Below, one piece after another: positions 13,520-26,304 of a DNA stretch of 64,000 bases (position 1 is its first letter; every line of letters starts with the position of its first letter). The notes beneath the pieces are model-generated. The model saw only the letters and a list, made by a program, of their open reading frames with translations, made no database searches and had not been told where the DNA came from. Made by a program: the position numbers and the translations under genes. This DNA comes from Eledone cirrhosa (taxonomy: Eukaryota): the NCBI GenBank assembly GCA_964016885.1, contig OZ024741.1, positions 406,968,001 through 407,032,000 on the forward strand. Reading direction: 5' to 3'.

Positions 13520-13640
13520 CGTATGTGATGTGCGTACGTATGTGATGTGCGTACGTATGTGATGTGCGTAGGTATGTGATGTGCGTACGTATGTGATGTG
13601 CGTAGGTATGTGATGTGCGTACGTATGTGATGTGCGTACA
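13520..13640. repeat. 17-bp minisatellite GTATGTGATGTGCGTAC
   Basis: About 7 units read directly. Confidence 0.85.
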
Positions 13641-13822
13641 CAATGTGTGTGAGTGTGTATGTATGTATTCGTGTGTATTTACGTACGTACGTATGAATAT
13701 ATGTCCATAAGCATTTGTGAGTACGAATGCAAGTATGTATGTAAATATGTATGTGTATATATCTGTATGTATATATGTGCATATAAATGTATATATATAT
13801 ATATATACATAAACACACACAC

Positions 13823-13888
<66 letters not shown>

Positions 13889-13890
<2 letters not shown>

Positions 13891-13999
13891 CATCATCATC
13901 ATCAACTTCGTTTAAACGTCCATTTTCCACGCTCGCATGAGTTAGACGGGAGTTGTCCCACTTGAGGCAAGGCTGGTCGGGTGACAGTGTCTCGCTCAT
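13889..13999 (-). mobile_element. Short retroposon 3' end with (GAT)n tail
   Basis: Inverted homologue of 5622..5735. Confidence 0.65.
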
Positions 14000-14421
14000 A
14001 TAGGACTATATATACATAAATATATATATATAAATGTAACAGACACATATATATATATGTTTATATATTTATGTACACACCATCATAAATATATGTATGC
14101 ATACATGTACATATATATGTATATTATTGTGTATCACCATATATTTGTGTATCAATACGATTCTACAAGTAATTTGAAATACTGAAAAAAAGCAAACGAC
14201 TTTTGATGTTATTTATGGATTCTCATTTGGTTGAAGAAAGATGGGTTTATACGTTGACGTATAGTATATATATATATATATATATATCTATATGTTTATC
14301 TCTTTCTCCCTCACTCTCTCTCTCTATATATATACATATATACATATATATATGTATATATATATGTATATATATATATAGATATATACATATACATATC
14401 TATCTATATATATATATGTGT

Positions 14422-14495
<74 letters not shown>

Positions 14496-14635
14496 ATATA
14501 TATACATACATCTGCCATGCACACACACACTTACACACACATACATATATATATATGTATGTGTGTGTGTGTGTTTGTGTATGTAGATGTATCTATGTAT
14601 ATAAAAATAAATATATATATATATATATATATATA

Positions 14636-14830
14636 GGTAAAGGTTCAGGAGCCCGACGGCAGAGCTCAATCCGTTTCGACAGCTTTTTCTGGATTGAAAT
14701 AGCCGTCGAAACGGATTGAGCTCTGCCGTCGGGGTCCCGAACCTTTTCCTATTACCCACTCTACTACCCAAAGTATCGAGTACTCTGGTGCGTTATGGTC
14801 CACCTGGTTCCTTACCACACTTCCTTCATT
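14636..14830. mobile_element. Short asymmetric hairpin family H, copy 1
   Basis: CCCGACGGCAGAGCTC..GTTTCGAC / GTCGAAAC..GAGCTCTGCCGTCGGG plus unpaired tail; lies in (TA)n. Confidence 0.85.
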
Positions 14831-14841
14831 ATATATATATA

Positions 14842-15066
14842 TAAGAGATGTCAACATGAATGGATCTGTTATTTTTATCTAAAGACATTTTTTTCAATTC
14901 CAACCCGCCTGTCCCCTCAATCTATCTTATTTCTCATTCTTTCTTCTCATGAAAGACTAGCGTCCGAAACGTTAAGACACTCTTCCTGCTATACCAAGCG
15001 TTAATCTAATATATTCCTTCCATATACTGTACCGATTGTGTTGTTATTTCTGTTTACCTTTTACAT
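14842..15066 (+). mobile_element. ~225-bp HHR-bearing element, family K (HHR 14942..14977, core CTCATGA)
   Basis: Inverted paralogue at 27660..27880; TCTT-CTCATGA-aaGAC..GTCc-GAAA-CG-TT-AAGA. Confidence 0.75.
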
Positions 15067-15067
15067 C

Positions 15068-15103
<36 letters not shown>

Positions 15104-15262
15104 GTGAGTTATCCACTACCAGTGATAATTTCGAACGGGAGAATTATCACGTGACTAGCGCCCGACAGAGGGGCAGTGTTATGTGGACAATGGGAAGTGA
15201 TGAGGATGCTAAATATAGCAGCCAGATTCGGCCAAATCTTTACTCGACCGTAAGGGGTAATT

Positions 15263-15300
<38 letters not shown>

Positions 15301-15303
<3 letters not shown>

Positions 15304-17991
15304 TAAGAGACAAAGCAGACCAGAGGTCCAACAACTTGGGAGGTAACCTGTAGAAGGCTTGGTTAGCCTCAAGCAGCGCACAAGTGATGGTGAGGTAGTA
15401 TGTCGACCCACAGATAAGTCTGGTAGGATGTCAATAGACAGCATGCCGAACTACATCAACGCTATGCAACCCCACATCACCAACACGAGCGAAATTGCAC
15501 AGCAAATACATGTTTGGGAGAGAGAAGATCCTCAACGCTCACATGATGATGTGGACCGACATCCTAAAGCCAAGCAGACGCACTGCCAACAACTTCCAGG
15601 CGTCTAACAATGGCATACAACACTTGTATGGGCTCCGCAAAGACCATAAGACAGTCGACGACCCGACAACAGGACCACCAACAAGACCTGTATGCGGAGC
15701 AAATATAGATAGCAACTACAGGATCTCCTACTTCCTCTCAATGGTTATACGCCCCATAATCAAGATGTCCCCAGTTGTATGTGACAGTACAGAGGACCTC
15801 CTCAGCAGAATCAGTGAGTGCAACATAAAAACAAAATCCTATCCAACTGCATAATAGGCAGTATGGATGTGATATCACTGTACCCATCCATTAACATTGA
15901 TTTTGCTGTGGAAAAATGTGTGGATATGATCATTGAGATTGAGGTGGAGTTCTGCGACGTCGACACAGACGAACTGGGCCTCCTACTTAGACTTGCCTAT
16001 GACACTGACTACCTAGACAGCCATGACCTTAGACGTTTCTGCCCCAGTAGACCCATAAGAGGTAGACTTCCCACCATAACCTCAATGGCAAAAAGACTCC
16101 AATGGGAAGGTGGATTGGGTGGACCAAAGCTATAAGGACCCCCTAAAACAGTGATCAGGTACGAAAAATGGTCGCACATGCAATAGGGGCTAGTATCAAA
16201 ACTACCCTAAAGGGCCACATATTCAAATTCAAAGAGAAGATCTACACCGAAATAAGGGAGCAGCCATTGGCGTCAGCATAGCTGGTGACGTTGCCAACCT
16301 TTTTATGGTATGGTGGGAAAGGAGACTTAAAGATCCCCTTGATGAGAGCTCCATAAACCTCATCATGTACTTTCGTTACGTAGACGACATCAATGTAGTA
16401 ATAAGGACATCTCCACAAGAGAGTACTAACAAGTTTGATTTAGAATGTAGCACAATGGAAAGCATCCAGCAGATAGCTAATTCCATACACCAGAGTATAA
16501 CTGTAACTATCGACTACCCTTCCAAACACCCTAACAACAGATTATCTGTATTAGACAATAGTGTTAATCCAGACTATCTGGATTAACACTATAGACGAGA
16601 GAGCCCAAATTCTCCACTCACACTACGCTAAGCCCATGGCCTCCAAATACCTGATACTCAAAATCTCAGCAATGTCCAGTAGTGCTAAGTTTAATATTCT
16701 GATCGCAGACTTGGTACGAGTGATGAAGAACGTGTCCCGCATGTGCGACCCAACAGGATTGGAAAGACACATCCAACACTTCATCAACCGCATGCAGTTC
16801 TCTGACTACAACCAAAGAGACAGAATCAGAGTATATGAAGGAGCCACGGAGAAGTATAAGACCCTCATAGAACTGGACATGAAAGGAATTTGCCCATTAT
16901 ACAGGAGCAAATCATGGAATAGCTTAGATAGGACTAGACATAAGATAGGGAAAGCCACCTCATAGTACGACAACCAGAGATACCAGAGTGTCATGTTTGT
17001 GGACGCCAGCCCTGGAGGGAAATTAGCTAACCAGTGTAGAAAAGCCCTGAGAAAGACCCACTTAAAGATTAAGGTAGTAGAAAAGCCAGGAACCACCATA
17101 AAATCCCTGATCAGCAAAACCTACCCTTTTAAGAAAACCCACTGCACTAATAGGAAATGTATTATATGTAAAGTAAACCCCCGGATAAACTGTAAAACTA
17201 GAAACGTAGTCTATAGCATAAGATGTACAGAGGGTACTTGCAGAAACATGGCAACAACATACATAGGCGAGACAGCTCGTAGCATAGGTGAAAGGATAGA
17301 CCAACACTGGGGAAAGTAAAAGGAGGAAAAAACGGTTCAGTACTCTACGAACATGCCAGACAACAACACGAGGGTAACATAGACAACATAGAAATTAGAA
17401 TAATATCTAAACATAGAAATGATCCAGCAGATAGGCAAATCAGAGAGGCCAGCGAAGTAGAACATAAGAAGGCCAAGGCTAAACAGAAAAAATGAATGGA
17501 ATAACAACAACACCCAAACAAACAATACTGACCTAAGAGAAGTATAAATAAATAAATACATACACAAGCATAATAACAACAAACACATATAAACACACAC
17601 TAGTAAACTAAGATAGAATACAATAACCAATACACAGTCACCCAACCACGAACACACATCAAACACTATACACACACGCAAACGCATGCGCAGAGAAGAC
17701 AAAAAAAAAAAATGAACAGACTAAATAAAGATTGCATAGGCATACAATACAACAGGAGGAAACATAATAGCACCACTGACGAAAGAACTTTGATAGACTA
17801 TATATATGTGTTTGTGTCTATATTGTATCTGTATTTTTGACCGTTTTTAATCAATGGTAACATTGAGGACCGAATAAATTAAATTAACCGATATAAAAGA
17901 CACAGAAGCGAAAACCAACCAAACAGTGAGTGTGTTCTGTTATTAATTCTGGCAATATTACACAAATATGACCCTCCCCAAGTATAACAAT
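15301..17991 (+). mobile_element. Penelope-like retroelement, 5'-truncated and frameshifted (RT, Cys linker, GIY-YIG)
   Basis: DKSGR, LYGLRKDH, GSMDVISLYPSI, FRYVDD, CxxxxCxxC, NVVY..YIGETAR; closely similar to 47881..51449; (TA)n flanks. Confidence 0.92.
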
Positions 17992-18171
17992 ATATATATA
18001 TACACACAAATATAGACATACATATGAGGGAGTCCAACATACACCAATTATGCTCAATGGAGGAATTAATAAGAATCAATTCTTCAGAGCATAATACAGT
18101 TTGTATTTCGCAAATGTTAATAAGATAAGACATATTTACCTCTTTACTTATATATACATCCATATATAATG

Positions 18172-18325
18172 ATTTCTTATATAGGCACAAGGCCAGCAAT
18201 TTTCGGGGAGGGAAAAGTCGATTAAATGGACACCAGTGCGTGACTGGTATTTTAACTCAGATCTTAAAGGGCCGTAACTCATGTCGCAAAGCATGGCGTC
18301 CGACCCTCTATCGATACTGCCAACC
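18172..18325 (-). mobile_element. SINE family A (internally deleted)
   Basis: Head and tail motifs present. Confidence 0.7.
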
Positions 18326-18697
18326 CATATAGTAAAAAAAAACGAACAATTGATTCTCATCAGTCAGCCTCTTGAAATCATAATAGCTTCAGTGCATTCA
18401 TCCCAGGGCACATTGCTTCGTGTCAAAATAGGTAGACAGGACGGGTGGTACATTTCGGAAGATTACACAAAGAAAAATTAGAGAACCGAAGTATTAGCTG
18501 ATAAAGTAGAGAGAGATAGTAAATAGATGAGAGAGAGACATAGAAACGGTCGCATTAGCTTAGAAAATGGAGAGAAAAAATAGAAAGAATAGAAAGAGAA
18601 AACATATGGACCACAGTCCAACGTGAAGAAACAGGAAAATTAGAGGAATTCATATGTGAAATCCTTAACTATCGAAGTTTTTTTTTAACTTAACAAA

Positions 18698-18832
18698 TAA
18701 TTGTTTCTACTTTAGGCACAAGGCCAGCAATTACCCAGTGCATTACTGGTACTTCATTTTATCGACCCCCGTAAGAATGAAAGGCAAAGTCAACTTCGGC
18801 GGGATTTGAACTCAGATCGTAAAGGGACGTAA
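18698..18832 (-). mobile_element. SINE family A
   Basis: Core and tail. Confidence 0.8.
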
Positions 18833-19464
18833 CCTAACAAATAATATATGTTACCCCTACCATTTTCTCTATTTCCCTTTTATATACTTTCTCAGTCTCC
18901 GTGATATAGGAAGATACATAACTATATGGAATTTAACTAGAATATGTCAGTGAGTTCAACATTTGAATCACATATATCTTCATTTAAGTAAAGTCATTTC
19001 TCTTTGGAAAAACATTTGTTGCCTCAAACATATAATTTGAAGCTGCAAACATATAAACACACAAAACATATTTCACTTATCTAATAAACAGATTTTATCA
19101 GCTTTAACTTAACAAAAAACTCACACATACACATAAATATCAATAATATAATATTCAAATTTTGTTATTCCTCGTAGATGTATTCAATCTGCCAGATCTA
19201 ATAATGAGAAAAATAGCCTATATTTTAAATATAGATGAGCATTTGGAGATAAATATATTGACATCGTTTGTAAACAAACGCATCTGGATCAAATAATACA
19301 TTGGTTCTTTTAGTTGTCATCTTTACTATAGATTGAAATGAAACCACATTTGTATCCTCGGGAGGTTGTTAATAACGATAGTTTTGATGCTGTGTATCAG
19401 ATTAGATTAGATGATATCACTACTGATCCTTATCATTGTCAGCAACTACGGAATATGTGATATG

Positions 19465-19522
<58 letters not shown>

Positions 19523-19566
19523 TTGTGTGTGTGTGTGTGTGTATGTATGTGTGTGTGTGTGTATAA

Positions 19567-19656
19567 TAATTGTTTCTACTTTAGGCACAAGGCCAGCAAT
19601 TACCCCAGTGCAATACTGGTACTTTATTTTATCGACCCCGTAAGGATGAAAGGCAA
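19567..19656 (-). mobile_element. SINE family A, 3' part
   Basis: Core and tail. Confidence 0.75.
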
Positions 19657-20251
19657 AATAATAATGATAATAATTAGGGAACAAACAATCAGTGTTGCAA
19701 CATATACATATTTAATCTAATTTTACATATATTTCACTGTCGATCAGTTCGAGGAACGATCGATTAAGGTAAAAAATATAAGACATTCAAAACTAGATAA
19801 CAATGGTTAGGATTAGACAGAAGACAAGAATGATGGAAGGAGGAAATCGTATGAAATTTATGCAACAAAACAGACAAATCTCTGACAGGCTTTGAAAGCC
19901 ACTGCAGCGCTCACAGCCACCAATAGAGATATAATATTTATCGGTAAATGTGTGAATAATTTAACGAGTTGATGGACATTATGTGTGTATATATACAGGT
20001 GATTACACAGGTGAAACTCCAGACGTAGCTATTATAAGGAATACTGAAAATCTACTTCGGATTGAGTATACGTTTTCACATATGTATCTAGCATAGAAAC
20101 GTACGCGCGCACACACACACAGACGCACTCTCACTCACACACACACACACACACACACACAGGGGCATACACGGGTTGAAAATCCGCTCGGTGAAACGCA
20201 CGTCCCAGAGTGTCGTTCGCTCATTAGTTGTGGAACTAATTAACGCTTTCT

Positions 20252-20334
<83 letters not shown>

Positions 20335-20336
<2 letters not shown>

Positions 20337-20864
20337 GGCTGCCCCCTCGTTATCGAGTATGGCAATTGCACGATATACAATTATTAATAATTATTAATTA
20401 ATTCTATCGTGCAATGCCTGTGCATGAAGATTTTTTTAAAGTGAGAAAAGACTGTGCACTGAGCCAATCCCACTCCCTGAGAGACAGTAGCTATAACCTG
20501 AAAAGAAGAAAAGATCAACATCATCGGTAACTACTGAGCCGCAGGTTTTATATCGGAGTTATTCCAGTTTCCTGAGTTGCCTTCTCCTAGAAGAATGCCC
20601 TGACAAAGGCTAGGGATCCTTCACTCCCAGTGGTTTAACCGCGTGGTACATGTGTATATACATATTTACACACTTTTGGATGGCCATTCACTCTTATGAG
20701 TTTTTCCGCCCTTTGTCAGGTTTTGATTTTTGTCCTGCAGGGTGTCCAAAATCCTCCTCCTCACCAAGTAAACTTGGTGGGGTTGGCGGTTTAGCCATCG
20801 ACGACCCGACAATGCGACAGACTGTACTGGGTTACATGTTACGAGTAGCACTCAAGAGTTACCC

Positions 20865-20866
<2 letters not shown>
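20335..20866 (-). mobile_element. Non-coding retroposon, probably RTE-derived and non-autonomous
   Basis: Homologous to 59165..59778 (CCTTCTCCTAGAA, TGGATGGCCATT, CTTGGTGGGGTTG, CGACCCGAC); the RTE assignment and strand are inference. Confidence 0.55.
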
Positions 20867-20907
<41 letters not shown>

Positions 20908-20908
<1 letters not shown>

Positions 20909-21097
20909 GGAAAAAGTATGACCCCGACGGCAGAGCTCAACCCGTTTCGACGGCTATTTGAGTCCAGAAATAGCCGTCGAAACGGCTTGAGCTCTGCCGT
21001 CGGGGTTATACTTTTTCCTATTTCCCACTCTACTACCCTAAGCATTGAGTACTCTGGTGCGTTATGGTCCATCTGGTTCCTTACCACAATTCATTTG

Positions 21098-21098
<1 letters not shown>
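20908..21098. mobile_element. Hairpin family H, copy 2
   Basis: Same hairpin and tail; lies in (TA)n. Confidence 0.85.
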
Positions 21099-21142
<44 letters not shown>

Positions 21143-21624
21143 GATAAATCTACCAAAATATACGGTGGTGTCTAATCCGCATGAAGAACTCAATGTAATC
21201 CAAATATGAATTTTTTAATATAAGGAACTTTTTAATATAAGCAACTTGTTCTTTGTTTTTATTCATTGTTTTTATTAATTTATATATATATATATACATA
21301 CATACATAATATATATATAATACCAAAAGCTTACAATGAAAGCAGACAGTATACTTGATTTAGGGGTCACTGAAGCCTCCCAATGGATTTTTCCACCAAG
21401 TTCCAGGAAGGTTCAGGTAAACATTTTTTGTTAACCTGTTTAGCTTGCTCGTCTTTCCGGCTGCCTGGCTTATCGATTCACAGCCATTTTAATAATATGT
21501 CTGGCCCTTATAACGTAAGTTAATTGCTCTGGCTTCTTCCTAGTCCAATCAGCGCTTCCCGGCATATCTCGAAAATTGCGTTTCGTTTTGTTTTGGCAGC
21601 CGCCGAAATACGATCTCGCTGAAA

Positions 21625-21691
<67 letters not shown>

Positions 21692-21694
<3 letters not shown>

Positions 21695-21876
21695 AAAATG
21701 TATGACCCTCGACGGCAGAGCTCAAGAGGTTTCAACGGCTATGTCCAGAAATAGCCGTCAAAACGGCTTGAGCTCTGCCGTCGGGGTCATACATTTTCCT
21801 ATTAACCACTCTACTACCATAAGTATTGAATACTTTGGTGCGTTATGGTCCATCTAGTTCCTTAATACAACTACTT

Positions 21877-21880
<4 letters not shown>
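21692..21880. mobile_element. Hairpin family H, copy 3
   Basis: Same hairpin and tail; lies in (TA)n. Confidence 0.85.
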
Positions 21881-21945
<65 letters not shown>

Positions 21946-21947
<2 letters not shown>

Positions 21948-22265
21948 AGAGGTGAGTTTTATTGTAGCGCAATAAAGCAATGCAAATATTGGATAAGTAG
22001 CACTCTACAGTTTGTAGGACTGGAGTATAAATAATATAAGATCAAAAGATGGTTAAAAGAGTTCCAAGTATTTTATTATGCGCATTTCAAAAAACAAATA
22101 TGTTGATTTAAAACCTCACTATTCACAAGTGTTTTTTTAAACTTCATATGTATCCCTATTTTATCTGATGAAAACGCAGCTATCATCCCATGATGATATT
22201 TGTTTTTGAAATGCGCATAATAAAATACTTGGAACTCTTTTAACCATCTTTTGATCTTATATTAT
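21946..22265. mobile_element. Asymmetric fold-back element with HHR
   Basis: ~70-bp inverted arms 22031..22102 and 22196..22265, left extension, (TA)n flanks. Confidence 0.8.
22157..22227 (+). ncRNA. Type I hammerhead ribozyme
   Basis: TATTTTAT-CTGATGA-[stem II with TATCATC/GATGATA]-GAAA-TGCGCA-TA-ATAAAATA; 8-bp stem I, palindromic stem III. Confidence 0.8.
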
Positions 22266-22283
22266 ATATAAATATATATATAT

Positions 22284-22500
22284 AGTAATAATATTAAATG
22301 TAAAGACTAAAATCCGAAGAGGGCTCGATAGGGATAATATATATATAAAAATATATAAAAGCGTAGAACAAATATTTATTAAAATAACAGATTAAAGTTT
22401 AAGCAAAGAATCGCTGCTTTCACCCTTAACGGTTGAAGATCTCGTTAAGGGCGAAAGCAGCGATTCTTTGCTTACACTCTAATCTGTTATTTTAATGAAT
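22284..22500. mobile_element. Asymmetric fold-back element, family L
   Basis: Arms ~22376..22431 and 22443..22500; paralogue at 51567..52115. Confidence 0.8.
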
Positions 22501-22528
22501 AAATATCTATATATCTATATCTATACAG

Positions 22529-22595
<67 letters not shown>

Positions 22596-22598
<3 letters not shown>

Positions 22599-23335
22599 TA
22601 TAAATTATGTCCTTAGAAACATTTGATAAGATATAAACTCAATTTCCTCTCCCAATTAGCATAATCAACCACACAAATAACCAATTAAACCAGGCTATAA
22701 GATTAAAAGGCAGCCGTGAAGAAATAATAGATAAATAAACGATAGCCATTTATTCGCGATCAACAACCGTAGAATATTTACCCATCATTTCAATAGCACG
22801 TGGAAATTGATTAAATATATCGTCAACCATACACAATTAGGTATAAAATTAAAGTTAGAAGAAAAAATGTATATAAACATACCAGGATTACATTTCTACC
22901 CTTTAGGGTTTCATTCGTTTTCGGAAATATCCTATCAAGGATAAATTCTCGAGCTTCGAACTCATCAGGAAACAAACTTACTTGGACAGAGATTTTTCTG
23001 AAATGATCCCCGCCAGAAACGAATTCAAAATGGCTAAGAACTGTGACGTGGCAGTGGTCAAGTCAGAAAGAATGTAATTGGTGCCTACGGCTAGTAGGCT
23101 GGTTGCTAGAAAGCGCAGCCTAATATTGCTCAAATTGCATCTCAACCTTATGGGAGATTATCAAATATAAAGATTTACATATACACAAACTAGACAGAGT
23201 TATAGATATGTTTTTGGCAACCATTCACGATGTGGCTCAATGATGAATTAATAAATTAAATAATCAGAGCAATATACTATAAATTATGTCCTTAGAATCA
23301 TTTGATAAGATATATACTCAATTTCCTCTCCCAAT
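22596..23335 (-). mobile_element. Retrozyme-like element: 679-nt monomer with ~60-bp terminal direct repeat
   Basis: 22598..22656 repeated at 23277..23335; (TA)n flanks; internal HHR. Confidence 0.8.
22892..22973 (-). ncRNA. Type I hammerhead ribozyme, canonical core
   Basis: Minus strand GTTTC-CTGATGA-GTTCG...(TATCCT/AGGATA)...CGAAT-GAAA-CCCtaaaGGG-TA-GAAAT. Confidence 0.88.
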
Positions 23336-24316
23336 ATATATATATAATAAATTTGAAGACTAAACACATAGGTACAGGAGACCGTATGTTATTTATTTCC
23401 AACCATCACTGTAGTATCAGCTGTTGGTCAGACACACCTCTAGTATTCTCTGCTGTATTAATCAAGTTTTATCTATATTTTAATATGTAACCATGCGTTA
23501 TTATCCCTGATGGTTTTGGAGGGAAGGTTGAACCATTTCTGGCGAATTGTTATATTCAGCTAATGAATTAGCACTACTCGAAGAGGGAGTTTAGAGCACT
23601 GGTTGGTGCAATAGAGAAGGAAACAGAATAGGCAACATCATAGATATGCTAGACAGTAAGTGAGAGTGCTGGGAAAAAATAATTCTACAGCGAATGTTAA
23701 GAAAAACATAGTTGCTTAAAAGCACGCCTTGACTGATTTAGTAACTGTCCTCGGGAAATATATTTCATTCTGAGAAAATTGTATTGACGAGACAAAGTAA
23801 TTTGAATTTCAAGGAATATAATTTCTTTGAATTACTAATTAATTTGAATTTCAAGGAATTTAATTGTTTTGAATTACTAAGTTTTTCTTTCAAAAAATAA
23901 CTAAATAAACACATAGTAGTAGTTATAGTTAGTAGAATGTATTCTTACTAGGAAAATAGTCAGAAATTACTTGGAAGCTTCGCCTACGTTATTGACTAAA
24001 TGTCTTAACATAGAAACGTTACCCTAATTTAGAGAGTAAATGCAGAGATACAGATTTGTAGTAAAATCATGTGGCCATAACCAGACAACGTTGAAATTAT
24101 CTGCCAATTAATCGTTTCAACGAGGTTAAGGACTACGTGACAACATTTATGTGAAGTTAAGAGAAGCCATGTTTATACGTTGATGTATATTACATTATTT
24201 CTAATTATTGATAGGACATCGGAAATAGGTGGGAATGGAGGAAAGAGATCTAAGTTGACAACGTAGAAATTTCATGTTACAGGAATGCAATGAAATTTGC
24301 AGAATGTAATGAAATT

Positions 24317-24350
<34 letters not shown>

Positions 24351-24485
24351 AAAGTAAAGTTTTTTTTTACAAAATGAAAAATAACCGAGGTGTCCTACAC
24401 GAGTGAAAGTATAAAGAAAAAAAGATGAAATCGAAAATGCAACTGGAGTCTTATTTTTTTTTAAATATATATATTTATTTGGTTC

Positions 24486-24521
24486 CTTTACCGGTTTCGC
24501 AGTTCTTCTGCTTTTCAAAAG
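24486..24521 (-). ncRNA. Degenerate hammerhead ribozyme
   Basis: CTT-TTGAAAA-GCAG aagaa CTGC-GAAA-CCGG-TA-AAG; all three stems present, two core changes. Confidence 0.5.
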
Positions 24522-24725
24522 TAGAGTTGAGATGGAGGGTCTGTGGTTTTTCTCACATCATCGATATACTATACTTCCCACCTAGATTGATGTTGTGATT
24601 ATTTCAAATAATTTATTGCTAACATTGTTGATATTGTTGTTATTGTTCTAACTGAATGCCATTACTACTACATATAGTAGCCTGTATATTCTTTTCATGC
24701 CTGTATATTCTCTTCATTCTCGCAA

Positions 24726-24831
24726 GCTCCGATGAACTGACTGGTTATAATTTTGTATTGGCGATCGAGTAACGTGAAAATAAGCGGTTAGCGATCTCTA
24801 GACCTACCAGTTCAGAGAAACAATTGTCAGC
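24726..24831 (+). ncRNA. Type I hammerhead ribozyme, CCGATGA core variant with long stem II
   Basis: GCT-CCGATGA-aCTGACTGGT...ACCAGtTCAGa-GAAA-CAATTG-TC-AGC. Confidence 0.7.
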
Positions 24832-25304
24832 AATGAGATTAAAAACCTTTTTTTGTATAGCAAACCGTATCACTCTTCTTTCCTGATTTATATATATATA
24901 CACACACGCATGGATGGATGCCTATATAGAGAGAGCAAGAGTGATAGATAGTTATGAGTTAAATATTTCATTTCTTTGTAATCGACAATACTTCCCTTCT
25001 ATTCCCCTCATATCCTATATACCACCCACAATTAAAAATAATACAACCCACTGCATTTCATATTTCCGTCCTCCTCTTTACTGTAATTTGACATATGTCA
25101 CTTAGTCTTTTAGCGAAAGTGACAGATTTATAGATGTCTAATATCGAACACATGATTTCACTACAAGATTCTGTCACTTCCTATTTAATGAATCGACATT
25201 CGCTACATTTCACTGGCATTAATATTTATTTTAAAACATTCATTCGATATGAAGTTAATCACTAAGGCAACAGGTTATATACTTACACATAAACACACTC
25301 ACGC

Positions 25305-25357
<53 letters not shown>

Positions 25358-25380
25358 TGCACACACACGCACACACACAA

Positions 25381-25448
<68 letters not shown>

Positions 25449-25452
25449 AAGA

Positions 25453-25566
25453 GATCGATGCCATAATCAGTTGATCCAGCGCGTCTCCCTTGCCGTCCCC
25501 CAGGGAAACGCCTTCTCCATTCTGTTCGTCGGGACTGTGGGGGAGGCCACCAATATGATTGACTGA
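25453..25566 (+). mobile_element. Extreme 3' fragment of a CRE-like non-LTR element
   Basis: LIQRVSLAVPQGNAFSIL matches LLQRVSLAIFRGNTFAV near 42580. Confidence 0.6.
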
Positions 25567-26107
25567 CTTGTCATTTTATCAGTCAGATGTTTTTAGACAC
25601 CATGAGTTGCAGCCCGAGTTAAGACAATTTGAAATCTTTGCCAAAGTGACATTCGGTGCTGGTATCACGGTGAGGTTAAGGTGTTCCCTTCGCAACCACA
25701 TGGTTCTGGGGTTAGTCACGCTGAGCGCTGCAACTGCTTACTACTATAGCGACGATTATGATAGCCAAGCTGTGCAGAGACAATCTTACGAGGTAGACGC
25801 GAATCGGACATGCGTATTAAACACACACACAAACAGACATAATTTGCACTTCCGTTTTATAACAATTATCAGTTGATTCAAGTTTATTTTAAACTCCGTT
25901 ATACGGATTTCACTGATGATTTCAAAACATTGAGCGTCCGTAAAAAATCTTTAAATTTGAAAAGAAAGTCCAATAACTTCCTCGAAAAAGATTTTCTTTT
26001 CTTGATACAGAGGGCCGGCCGAACGCTTGGGGTTGTTTCTTCGACGCTAATCTCTGGTCGCAAGATACCAGCTCCAGTAATCAACACAATTTCTGTATAA
26101 CCTATAT

Positions 26108-26236
26108 ATAACTGTCGAAACGGCCGGAACTCAGCCGTCGGGGTCCTGACTGTTTTCCTATTACCCACTCTACTACCCTAAGTATCGAATACTCTGGTGC
26201 GTTATAGTCCACCTGGTTCCTTACCACACTTTCTTT

Positions 26237-26238
<2 letters not shown>
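26108..26238. mobile_element. Hairpin family H, copy 4 (single arm)
   Basis: GTCGAAACGGCCGGAACTCAGCCGTCGGGG plus tail. Confidence 0.8.
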
Positions 26239-26288
<50 letters not shown>

Positions 26289-26304
26289 TATATATATATA
26301 TATA

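Noticed and set aside
23799-23881. ~43-bp tandem duplication
   Set aside because: Simple local duplication with no associated structure
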